A stretch of 64,000 nt of DNA from a bacterium (GTDB lineage Bacteria > Hinthialibacterota > Hinthialibacteria > Hinthialibacterales > Hinthialibacteraceae): NCBI GenBank assembly GCA_963662285.2, contig CAXXMV010000006.1:1728001-1792000 (forward strand), written 5' to 3'. The notes below the pieces were generated by a model. The model was not told the DNA's origin. It made no database searches and saw nothing but the letters and a program-made list of their open reading frames with translations. Below, one piece after another: positions 28,862-37,863 of the stretch (positions are counted from its first letter, which is position 1; each line of letters begins with the position of its first letter). Made by a program: the position numbers and the translations under genes.

Positions 28862-28940
28862 TCATTTTCCTTTCAAAAAAGCAGAAGCAAGAAGCAATTA
28901 ACGAAATATCTTTCTAGGTTAGCCGACGATGATGCTGTGA

Positions 28941-29029
28941 TTCCTCCCCCAAGCCTGGGGGAGGTTAGGAGTGGGTTGAGTAGTTGAATGCAACCCCCCT
29001 CTAATTCCTCCCAAACTTGGTGGGAGAAT
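28941..29029. repeat. REPIN (paired REP: ccccaagcctgggggaggttagg / ccctctaattcctcccaaacttggtgggag)
   Basis: Near-identical copy at 55812-55901; related copies at 63134-63288. Confidence 0.85.
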
Positions 29030-29054
29030 TCTATCATTAATGCTTTGTATCAGA

Positions 29055-30194
29055 TTACTGAACCAACATATCAATTAAAGGATATACATTATAGTATTTT
29101 TTAAACGCCTCGTATTCCTCTATACGCTTTTTCTGTTGAGAATTACCTTTACTAGCTCTGATTAACAGATTTTTGGGCGTCTCTTCCACAGAAACAAACT
29201 CACCGACAGTGACTGAATATCCATGAGCTTCCAGAAAAAGGGAGCGCAGCATATCGGTTAGTAAATCAGCGAAACGATGTTTGAAGAGACCATGATTCAA
29301 AGGATACATGGGAGCGCCGTCAATTTGTTTAGCCAGTTCGTGCTGACAACAGGGGGCGACGGCAATATACCGGGCTTTTTTGGCGACTCCAAGAGCCAAC
29401 GCTTCATCGGTGGCCGTATCACAGGCGTGGAGGCTGATAAGCAAGTCAACTTGTAAGGGAAGCGAGGCTTCACTGATCGACGCGCACTGAAACTTCATTT
29501 CTTTTAAATTTAGTTTATGAGCAATTTCATTGCATTGATCAATCCGGTCCTGCGCTATGTCTACACCATAAAAACGCGCTGGCATCTTTAATACTTTGCT
29601 TAAATACCAGAATAGAACAAAACTCAGATAGGATTTTCCACAGCCTAAATCAATTACAATCAACGGTTTATTCTTCAGTGGTTTAATGCTGGATTTTATG
29701 AGATCAAGGAAATGATTGACCTGTTTGAATTTCTTACGCATTGATGCTTTGATTTCACCATCCTGAGTCATCAGTCCGATGGCTTTCAACAGAGGCGCCG
29801 CCTGATGGGGATCAAGATGTACGGCTTTGCCCACCGCCCAGGCGGGGTTTTTTAAGACGCGGGGACGGTCTTCAATGGTCTCGCGGGTGATAGCGCCGTT
29901 TTTCAATCCAATGCGTTGAATATTTTCGGTAGATTCGATTAAGAGAGCGCCATTGTTATCTCGAAGAGCCGCTAAGGTTTTATCTATAGCATCTTCAGCG
30001 GAGATATGGATAGACTCTTCTGATCCAATCTGAGAGATAGTAATATTAGAATCTTCGCTAATATCAAGAGATAATAAAATGTTATCATTACTGCCGGATT
30101 CAACCGATAGGTGTAGCGGACCAGAATGATTATTGAGTGAATTCTGGATTATTGACCGGAAATATATTTCGTGAGAAGCTGTAAATTCATTCAT
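29055..30194 (-). CDS. SAM-dependent methyltransferase (Methyltransf_32-like)
   Basis: KKFKQVNHFL, IDLGCGKSYL, SLHACDTATDEAL, APCCQHEL, TPKNLLIRA. Confidence 0.88.
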   Translation of the reverse strand: MNEFTASHEIYFRSIIQNSLNNHSGPLHLSVESGSNDNILLSLDISEDSNITISQIGSEESIHISAEDAIDKTLAALRDNNGALLIESTENIQRIGLKNGAITRETIEDRPRVLKNPAWAVGKAVHLDPHQAAPLLKAIGLMTQDGEIKASMRKKFKQVNHFLDLIKSSIKPLKNKPLIVIDLGCGKSYLSFVLFWYLSKVLKMPARFYGVDIAQDRIDQCNEIAHKLNLKEMKFQCASISEASLPLQVDLLISLHACDTATDEALALGVAKKARYIAVAPCCQHELAKQIDGAPMYPLNHGLFKHRFADLLTDMLRSLFLEAHGYSVTVGEFVSVEETPKNLLIRASKGNSQQKKRIEEYEAFKKYYNVYPLIDMLVQ

Positions 30195-30877
30195 TATAAA
30201 GAGTTCTCTATTGAATCAATATCATCGCATTGAGTCATGTCTTTGTTTCTGGAGATCAAGGGTACGAATACGCATTGAATTAAATCCTGGAACTTAAAAG
30301 AATCATTTTTTTTGGTGATTCTGGTAAGCGTCTGAATTTTAGATGAGCCGATGGGAACCAGCATGGTTCCACCATCGCTTAATTGTTCCAGCAGTAAATC
30401 AGGTGGTTTACTACTGGCGGCGGTTATGATTATTCTATCAAAAGGCGCTTGAGCGATCCATCCAGCCAAGCCATCGCTGACCTGGAAGAAGATATTGCTG
30501 CGATTGAGAGAAGCAACTGTTTCCTGTGCAAGACGGCTTAAAGAAGCATAGCGCTCAATGGTGTAGACTTCACGGCATAAATGGGAAAGAATAGCTGCCT
30601 GGTATCCTGATCCAGTACCAATCTCCAGGATGCGGTGATCTGGTTTACAATCCAGTTCATCAGTCATATAAGCGACCATAAATGGTTGTGATATAGTTGA
30701 GTATTCTTCATCAAGCATTATGGGGTGATCATCGTATGCTTTATGGCGTGATTCAACAGGAGTGAATATATGCCGGGGGACTCGCTGTATAACTTCAAGA
30801 ATGCGTGGATTAGTCACGCCGCGATTAACAATCTGCTCTTGAAGCATATTTAAGAGTTGCTTTTCGTAGTCTATCAT
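30194..30877 (-). CDS. pcm: Protein-L-isoaspartate O-methyltransferase
   Basis: VPRHIF, TISQPFMVA, LEIGTGSGYQAA, APFDRIIITAA, FVPLI; stop overlaps the next start (TAATG). Confidence 0.95.
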   Translation of the reverse strand: MIDYEKQLLNMLQEQIVNRGVTNPRILEVIQRVPRHIFTPVESRHKAYDDHPIMLDEEYSTISQPFMVAYMTDELDCKPDHRILEIGTGSGYQAAILSHLCREVYTIERYASLSRLAQETVASLNRSNIFFQVSDGLAGWIAQAPFDRIIITAASSKPPDLLLEQLSDGGTMLVPIGSSKIQTLTRITKKNDSFKFQDLIQCVFVPLISRNKDMTQCDDIDSIENSL

Positions 30878-31042
30878 CGTTTATAATTTAACCCGGCTAA
30901 TCGATATATATACAAAAATCTTATTTTTTTGTTACTAAATGGCCTTTTCATCTACTGCGTCTGTCTGATTATGTTGAATTTCCCGATATGATGCCATTAT
31001 AGAGGATATTGCTTTCATATTAATATATATGTATAACGAATT

Positions 31043-32338
31043 ATGAATATAAATCAAAAAAAAGCCGCCGGGATTCTTTTATGCATTATCGGCTTCTGGT
31101 TTTATTGCCAGTCGTCATTGAATACGGGATACCAGTACGCCACGCGCAATGATTTCGCCCATCTCTATCTAGCTGGATATTTAGCTGAGAGAGGAGGGGA
31201 TTTCTTTGACGCCAATCTTCTGCTCAGAACCAGGCATCATTTACAGATTCAAACCGGCCTCAATCCCTACGTCTATCCACCTTTTTTCGCGATTTTATTG
31301 ATCCCCCTGAGCAAATTTTCTTATGATATGGCCTGGACATTGTTCACCCTGCTTAGTCACGCCGCTTATTTCGCTTCATTGGCTCTGTTGGTGCGCATGA
31401 TTCGTAGGGATGAGGATGAAAGTATATTCTGGTGGGGCATCCTGATGGCTTTGTCGGCCTGCTTCTATCCAATAACCAAGACCTATTCCGCCGGACAGAT
31501 GAATACATTCATGCTGCTGGTTATTACTGGCTCGGCGTATTTATTGAGTAAAAAACGTGATATGGAAGCAGGCGCCCTGATTGGATTGGGAGCGGCGATC
31601 AAAATTGCTCCTGCTTTTTTGTTGATCTATTGTTTGTGGAAGAGAAAATGGCTGGCCGCCGCGTCTGGCTTAGTTATTATACTTATCAGCATGATAATCT
31701 CCTTTTCAATGCTGGGCGTGGATATATACGGTGGTTTTCTAAATATGGCCAAGGATATGGGATATGGTTCATCAACCTGGGCTGAGTATAATCAGACCTA
31801 CCATATCGATCCCTATAATCAAGCGCCATCAGCTATGTGGTACAGGTTATGCGCCAGTACTGAAACGGCGCAATTCGGCGTCATTCAGGGAATTATGAAT
31901 GCGCCGGTTGCGGCCAAGGTTCTTTCTTATCTGACGGCTATGGTTATTCTGGCGCTTTTGTTAAGATCAACCCGGCGTTCGTCGGAATCATTTACCATCA
32001 ATGAATACGCCTTTTGGACTTTGGGAATGTTGTTGCTGCCCAGCCTGTTGTGGGATCATTACCTGGTGCAGGCCATGCTGGCTGTCGCCATTGCTTTACA
32101 GGTTGCTTTGAGTGGGAATTCTAAATACGCTTTTTTGCTTGGGATAGCTATTGCTACCATGGCAATGCCGTTTGTACATTATCATCCTCTCTATCGCAGT
32201 GGTATAATGACCCTGGTTATGTCGTTGAAACTGTTCGCTTTACTAATTTTAATTGGATATCTTTGGATAAACCGTAATGTGAAATGCAAAGAATCTTCTG
32301 ATTATCCGACAGATTCAGAAGAATATGGTTTTTCTTGA
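31043..32338 (+). CDS. Glycosyltransferase family 87 (DUF2029) membrane protein
   Basis: NDFAHLY, PYVYPPFFA, GQMN, AAIKIAP, NQAP, WDHY. Confidence 0.85.
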   Translation: MNINQKKAAGILLCIIGFWFYCQSSLNTGYQYATRNDFAHLYLAGYLAERGGDFFDANLLLRTRHHLQIQTGLNPYVYPPFFAILLIPLSKFSYDMAWTLFTLLSHAAYFASLALLVRMIRRDEDESIFWWGILMALSACFYPITKTYSAGQMNTFMLLVITGSAYLLSKKRDMEAGALIGLGAAIKIAPAFLLIYCLWKRKWLAAASGLVIILISMIISFSMLGVDIYGGFLNMAKDMGYGSSTWAEYNQTYHIDPYNQAPSAMWYRLCASTETAQFGVIQGIMNAPVAAKVLSYLTAMVILALLLRSTRRSSESFTINEYAFWTLGMLLLPSLLWDHYLVQAMLAVAIALQVALSGNSKYAFLLGIAIATMAMPFVHYHPLYRSGIMTLVMSLKLFALLILIGYLWINRNVKCKESSDYPTDSEEYGFS

Positions 32339-32373
32339 TATAAAAAGTATAGTTTTTTTTATATCGGCAGGAT

Positions 32374-32402
32374 TTGACATTTTGGGCTATTATTCTTACG
32401 AT
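32374..32402 (+). promoter_or_regulatory. Sigma70-type promoter for the asp23-amaP-gatC operon
   Basis: TTGACA-17 bp-TACGAT, 55 bp upstream of the start. Confidence 0.6.
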
Positions 32403-32457
32403 GCAAACTGTGTATAATATAATTTAAGATTATATATAAATTTTTTAAGAGGATGTT

Positions 32458-32859
32458 ATGGTTGGTTTTTTTGAAAACAATTTAGGCCGTGTACAGATTT
32501 CTTCATCGATTGTGCGTCGCATCATAATGCGCGAGGTTGAATCTAGCCGCTTTTTCGGCTTTTTAGGACAAAAGCCTGGCGAAATGGTAAGCCGTAAAGT
32601 CGCTGAACGGTGCATAAAGGTTTATTTCCTTGAGGGTACTGTAGAGGCTACACTGACATTAACCGTTCTTTATGGGACCAAGATCATTAAAGAAGCGCGT
32701 AATATTCAAGGGAAAGTCGCCAAAGCGCTAGAATTGACCGCAGGTCTGCATGTCAACAAAGTCGTCATCAACGTGGAAAATGTTTTCACCGAAGAAGACC
32801 TTGATCAACCTCTTTTGATAGAGCATGAAACTATTCAAGCTAACGCTGTAAACCAATGA
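32458..32859 (+). CDS. Asp23/Gls24 family envelope stress response protein
   Basis: LGRVQISSSIV...VLYGTKIIKEARNIQGKVAKALELTAGLHVNKVVINVENV. Confidence 0.85.
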   Translation: MVGFFENNLGRVQISSSIVRRIIMREVESSRFFGFLGQKPGEMVSRKVAERCIKVYFLEGTVEATLTLTVLYGTKIIKEARNIQGKVAKALELTAGLHVNKVVINVENVFTEEDLDQPLLIEHETIQANAVNQ

Positions 32860-32865
32860 GAGCCT

Positions 32866-33579
32866 ATGAAACAATTTAACCTTCTTTTGGCATGCGTCAT
32901 TCTTCTCACTATCTCCAGTTTATGTTTTTATATTATTCTTTGGCATCCCGATGCTATTCAGAGATTAATCGGTTTGACGCTTAATATTTATAACAGTTTC
33001 TGGGGTAAAGTGATGTTTATTGCGGTAGGCTTCATCTCTCTGGGATGTGGTCTATCTTTACTGGCAGCATTTTTAGGACTTGATCCAAACGTCAGACCGC
33101 ACATTATTCTGGAGCAGGAAGGTGGAGCGGTTGGCGTTTCTTTAGACGCTATTGAAGAATATATAAAAAGAAAAGGACAGTCCATCGATGGAGTGCGCGA
33201 GCTGGCTATCAAAAGTGAATTAACTCCTGAAGGGCTTGCCATTCAAACCCGGTTGACGCTTGAATTGCAGAAGAACGTTCCCGAGTTTATTCTAGCTTTC
33301 CAGGGACGGATTTATCATGAATTGACCGAAACGCTGGGCGTTAAAGAAATAAAAGAAGTTCAAGTCCTTATTCATAAAATCGTCCCCAAAGATTTTGGCG
33401 GCGAAGGAAGATTGCTTAGTCCGCCATCCTCAGTGCTTCTTAAAGAACCTGAGATAAAAAACGAAACAGAATTGACATTGGAGGCAACGCCAATACATAA
33501 AGAAAAACCGGTTGACTCAATCCAGACTATTGATATTGAGACCATTGATCCGGTCGCCGCGGAAGAGGATAAATCATAA
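32866..33579 (+). CDS. Alkaline shock response membrane anchor AmaP-like protein
   Basis: Two N-terminal TMs; GAVGVSLDAIEEYI...GVREL...ETLGVKEIKEVQVLI; adjacent to Asp23. Confidence 0.75.
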   Translation: MKQFNLLLACVILLTISSLCFYIILWHPDAIQRLIGLTLNIYNSFWGKVMFIAVGFISLGCGLSLLAAFLGLDPNVRPHIILEQEGGAVGVSLDAIEEYIKRKGQSIDGVRELAIKSELTPEGLAIQTRLTLELQKNVPEFILAFQGRIYHELTETLGVKEIKEVQVLIHKIVPKDFGGEGRLLSPPSSVLLKEPEIKNETELTLEATPIHKEKPVDSIQTIDIETIDPVAAEEDKS

Positions 33580-33866
33580 TGAGCATTACTGCAGATGAAG
33601 TTCGACATATAGCCCTTTTAGGCCGTTTAGAATTGAATGACGAAGAAGTGAATATGTATACCACTCACTTAGGCGACATTCTTCAATACGTAGAAAAGTT
33701 GAAAGAACTGGATGTCTCCGGAGTCGAACCAATGTCCCATGCTATTCCCATGGCTAATGTAATGCGGGAGGATGAAATCGGGCCATCATTGGAACTGGAA
33801 GAATCACTGAAGAATGCTCCTGACCGGGCTGATCCATATTTCCGGGTTCCCAAAACCACTGAGTAG
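33579..33866 (+). CDS. gatC: Asp-tRNA(Asn)/Glu-tRNA(Gln) amidotransferase subunit C
   Basis: ITADEVRHIALLGRLEL, LDVSGVEPMSH, NVMRED, NAPD...YFRVPK. Confidence 0.95.
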   Translation: MSITADEVRHIALLGRLELNDEEVNMYTTHLGDILQYVEKLKELDVSGVEPMSHAIPMANVMREDEIGPSLELEESLKNAPDRADPYFRVPKTTE

Positions 33867-33959
33867 TAATATTCTTAATATGTTCTAGAAAACCGCTGTA
33901 CAATTTTCCTGACAACAAACTTCGAGAATCATTTAAGCGGCGTCATAAACCTTTCTAAT

Positions 33960-36900
33960 TCACCCAATCTCAGGATTAGGATTCCTGAGATGCGCCAGAT
34001 ATTGAGTACGTGGTTTGGTCTTGAGTTCATCAAGTAAGGTATATGCCCGATTATTTTGCCGTAGTTTTGAAACCTGACTGTCTGGATTATTTATATCGCC
34101 AAATACGATAGCGTTGGTCGGGCAGGTTTGTGCGCAGGCAGGAACGATAGCGCCGTCTTTGATTTTCTGACCATTATTACTGGCATCAATTTTGGCTTGT
34201 TCAATGCGCCGGATGCAATAGGTGCATTTTTCCATTATCCCTTTCGGTCGAACCGTTACCTCTGGATTGAATAGCATCTTCTCCACATTTTTAATTTCGG
34301 CATGATGATCCCGGTGGTTGAAATGCAGAACGTGGTAGGGGCATTTCCTGGAACATTCCTGTTTTCCCTCGCATTTATTATAAACAACTTGAGTAACTCC
34401 CTCTGCATTATGAGTGGCCGCATGAGTAGGGCACGTCTCTTCGCATGGAGCTTCCTGGCAATGTACGCAAGCGACTGGTTGATATATAACGCCGGGAGAT
34501 TGGATATCGCCATAGAAATATCGGTTGATGCGCAGCCAGTGCATTTGGTGATTTTGAATAATTTCTTCCCGGCCAACCGCTGGTATGTTGTTTTCCGCCT
34601 GACATGCCACTATACATGCATTGCATCCAATGCATGAGTTTAAGTCAATAACCATTCCCCATTGGCAATTTGTGGTTTTGGGATTGAATTGCTTTTCGGC
34701 TTGATCATTTTTCCCGAATATTGTGGGATCAGATAAATATTTTTCTAAAACTGTTCCTCGAATAGGCGTGAATGATTGTGTATTTTGTTTGTTCTGATCT
34801 TCTGTTCCGAAAGTAAAATGATCTTGAGAAACAGCGAATAAATATTTCCGGCCTGTTTTTTTGATAGATAATCCGGCGTCGAAATTCAAGGCATCCTTGG
34901 TGCGTAATACATTGGCGTTGAATCCTACGCTATTACTGAGTAATCCGGGAGCGGTATGACCATAACCCATCGCCAGCGCAATGGAATTATTGGCTTGCCC
35001 CGGCATGATGCAGGCCGGAGTAATCAATGATCGTCCTTTATATTCCAGAATGATAATGTCTCCGGTTTGGATGTTCAACTTCTGCGCTGTTTGGAGAGAT
35101 ATCAATGCTGTGTTATCCCAGGATATGATTGATAGTGAATCAGGCAGTTCCTGCAACCAGCTGTTATGGGCGAAACGTCCATCATGAATTTTTGAATCGG
35201 GATAGAAAATAATTTCGAGATTATTCTCATGCAATTGCGGCATCTCGTCGGGGATTTTTTCGATGGCAAGTTGGATTTCCAGATTATTGAACCACGGGCC
35301 GAATGGTTCATAGCGGGTATTAGGTATAGTCCCATCATGCAGCCATTTGGTCAGATTGGCTTCGAATGAACCGAAATTAAATATTTTTTTCAAAGCGCGG
35401 CGAAAGATATCCCGGTCGCTGGTAATCTCGTCTTCTATGATGTAGGCCAGTAACTGGCTCGCGCTTTTTCCATTAAACAATGGTTCGATCAAAGGCTGAG
35501 CCATTGTATAGGTTCCATCATAAGCCCGCAATGCATCCCATGCTTCAAGGTAATGGGAACGGGGCAGGAACCATTTGGACAAAATTGAGGTTTCGTTGCG
35601 ATAAAGACTGAGATGAATGCTGGTAGGAATCTTTTCGAGTAATGCGCCAAAATCCAAATCAACCGGCGCATCGTACGCCGGATTTCCTCCCAGGATAACA
35701 AGCGTATCAACCTTACCTGATTCTATATCGCCTGATAATTCGCTGATTGATTCTGTGTAAGATGGTCTTTCTGGTTCTAAATCTAATGAATAAGTGACAG
35801 TTTTATCATTTTTCATTATTCCATTAATAACATCAGTTAACGTATGTACTATTGGAGGTTGAGTGGCGCCGGTGATGATAGCGCTTTTACCCGGATTTTT
35901 GGCTATATCTGCAGCTAAAGCGGAAAGCCATTTTTTATCAAACGGATGATTGAGAAACCGTTTCACTGGCTCTACAAGATTCAGGAAAAACATATTTGGT
36001 TTTACATTTTGCTTATAAAAGAGTTCTGCAATTAATGCCAGCAGGAAATGCTGAATATGACAAGCCGCCAGCGGCAGACGATGATCGGCTATTGCGCCTA
36101 TGGAAGTCATACGCGGTTCGACGGCGTATATGCGGTTCATTGATTCAGAACCGGCGTTTCGTCCTTGTGAGAAACCTTGCGACAATCTCAAAGCATCGGG
36201 ATTAGAGTCAAAGGCGTCAGAATCTAGAGCAAGGATTATATCAGCCTTGTCCAGATGAGCATAACTTCTAACAGGAAAGGAAAAAGAAAGCCGGGCGCCG
36301 TCACGCTGATTATCTTGGCTGACAGATTCATATTCAAACCACTTTACTTCTGGAAAAGCTTTAGTAAGCCGTTGGCGCATGTCTTTCACTATGAGTGAAG
36401 AGGTGGTTTCACTGAGAATATAGAAACCCTCGCCTTGCCGTTCATTTATTTCAGAAAAATGCTTTTTGATAAATTCATGCGTTTCTTCCCATGACCGTTC
36501 GATGTTCTGGCCGTCAATTTTCTGGATAGGTTTATAATCACGATGGGGATCGTAAAGATCAAGCAGGCTGGCTTGAGCTATCAGGCTGGCCGCGCCGAGG
36601 CTGGATGGATGGTCCGGGGCGCCTTCAATTTTGATAGGGCGTCCATTGTAACTATCAACCATTAAGCCATTTGCAGAACCACCCAGTTCCATAGCGGTTA
36701 TGAATTGTTTTTTTAATCCACTGAATGCGGAATGCGGTTGGTTGGGATTTGAAATGATTTTGTCGCCTTCAGGTGGTTGGCCGCATGAGGTAAAACCGCT
36801 GAGGCATAATGAAGCCGCCATTGTTTTAAGAAAACGTCTGCGCGGAGGATCATTCAATATATCTTCAGCGTTATCGGGGAAGTTGCGTTTGACGTATTTT

Positions 36901-37007
36901 TGGAAGCCGGAAGACTCTTCGATTGAATCCGGGCGATTATCTATATTCTTATTGTTATGTGAATGCATATTATTTTTGAATTTTTCCATAATCAATATAC
37001 TCATCAT
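33960..37007 (-). CDS. actB: Alternative complex III subunit ActB-like (Tat molybdopterin-oxidoreductase-fold domain fused to an Fe-S domain)
   Basis: PRRRFLKTMAASL..TSC Tat/lipobox; GRPIKIEGAPDHP; HDGRFAHNSWLQELP; CIGCNACIVAC, CVHCQEAPCEETCP, CEGKQECSRKCPY, KCTYC...ACAQTCP; exact start uncertain. Confidence 0.9.
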   Translation of the reverse strand: MMSILIMEKFKNNMHSHNNKNIDNRPDSIEESSGFQKYVKRNFPDNAEDILNDPPRRRFLKTMAASLCLSGFTSCGQPPEGDKIISNPNQPHSAFSGLKKQFITAMELGGSANGLMVDSYNGRPIKIEGAPDHPSSLGAASLIAQASLLDLYDPHRDYKPIQKIDGQNIERSWEETHEFIKKHFSEINERQGEGFYILSETTSSLIVKDMRQRLTKAFPEVKWFEYESVSQDNQRDGARLSFSFPVRSYAHLDKADIILALDSDAFDSNPDALRLSQGFSQGRNAGSESMNRIYAVEPRMTSIGAIADHRLPLAACHIQHFLLALIAELFYKQNVKPNMFFLNLVEPVKRFLNHPFDKKWLSALAADIAKNPGKSAIITGATQPPIVHTLTDVINGIMKNDKTVTYSLDLEPERPSYTESISELSGDIESGKVDTLVILGGNPAYDAPVDLDFGALLEKIPTSIHLSLYRNETSILSKWFLPRSHYLEAWDALRAYDGTYTMAQPLIEPLFNGKSASQLLAYIIEDEITSDRDIFRRALKKIFNFGSFEANLTKWLHDGTIPNTRYEPFGPWFNNLEIQLAIEKIPDEMPQLHENNLEIIFYPDSKIHDGRFAHNSWLQELPDSLSIISWDNTALISLQTAQKLNIQTGDIIILEYKGRSLITPACIMPGQANNSIALAMGYGHTAPGLLSNSVGFNANVLRTKDALNFDAGLSIKKTGRKYLFAVSQDHFTFGTEDQNKQNTQSFTPIRGTVLEKYLSDPTIFGKNDQAEKQFNPKTTNCQWGMVIDLNSCIGCNACIVACQAENNIPAVGREEIIQNHQMHWLRINRYFYGDIQSPGVIYQPVACVHCQEAPCEETCPTHAATHNAEGVTQVVYNKCEGKQECSRKCPYHVLHFNHRDHHAEIKNVEKMLFNPEVTVRPKGIMEKCTYCIRRIEQAKIDASNNGQKIKDGAIVPACAQTCPTNAIVFGDINNPDSQVSKLRQNNRAYTLLDELKTKPRTQYLAHLRNPNPEIG

Positions 37008-37546
37008 CTATGACAGGTTGAACAATCAGTAGATGAAGCAACCTTTGATGTTTCAGGATTAATATCTTCCGGCTGATGGCATTCCAGACACCATGCCATG
37101 CTGAACTCAATGGCCAGATAGGTCTGCTTCATTGTTTCAACCTGACCATGACACACGGCGCAATCCAGTCCGTTTTTTATATGTATGCTGTGATTGAAAT
37201 AAACGAAGTCGGGCAAGTTGCAAACACGGTTCCAAACAAGCGCGTTGCCTTTTTTCATACTGTCGTACACAAGTGTAAGTTTGGGATTATCCTTCTCGAA
37301 TACGCGGTGGCAATCAATGCAAGATTGGGCAGAGGGCAGGGAAGCGTTAGCTGCCATATCTACTGTATAATGGCAATACCGGCAATTGATCTTCATTTTT
37401 CCTGCATGAGTTTTATGACTGAAAGCAACTGCTTGATGAGGTTTGTATCCTATTTCGGTAGGATTCTTCAAACAGCCGCAGACAACAATTATATTCATTA
37501 TTAGCAGAGACAAAAAAACAGTTGTTCTATAAAATATATTTTTCAT
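37004..37546 (-). CDS. actA: Pentaheme cytochrome c3 family, ActA-like
   Basis: GYKPHQAVAFSHKTHAG; five CxxCH motifs (CRYCH, CIDCH, CAVCH, CLECH, CSTCH); LPDFVYFNHSIH. Confidence 0.9.
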   Translation of the reverse strand: MKNIFYRTTVFLSLLIMNIIVVCGCLKNPTEIGYKPHQAVAFSHKTHAGKMKINCRYCHYTVDMAANASLPSAQSCIDCHRVFEKDNPKLTLVYDSMKKGNALVWNRVCNLPDFVYFNHSIHIKNGLDCAVCHGQVETMKQTYLAIEFSMAWCLECHQPEDINPETSKVASSTDCSTCHR

Positions 37547-37863
37547 TTGGATAAAATTTAATCCATTCTATGAATCCAGCGCTTTCAATACGCATAAACG
37601 TTTATTAACTAATATAACGGATGAGAATGATTTTAGTTTTTTAATAAAACTTACGCAATATGGAAACCCCACTTATTGGTATGATTGAATTTGTTAAATA
37701 ACTTTTCACAGAGAGAAGACTTATATTAACGTGACATATTATTAGGATGAAATCGGCTTGTTTGTTATTATAAATATGACGTTTCAGAAAAAACAATTGA
37801 CGCTGAACGGTTTATTATGAGATAATGATTTTAAATAATATTCATGTGAATTGAGGAGATACA

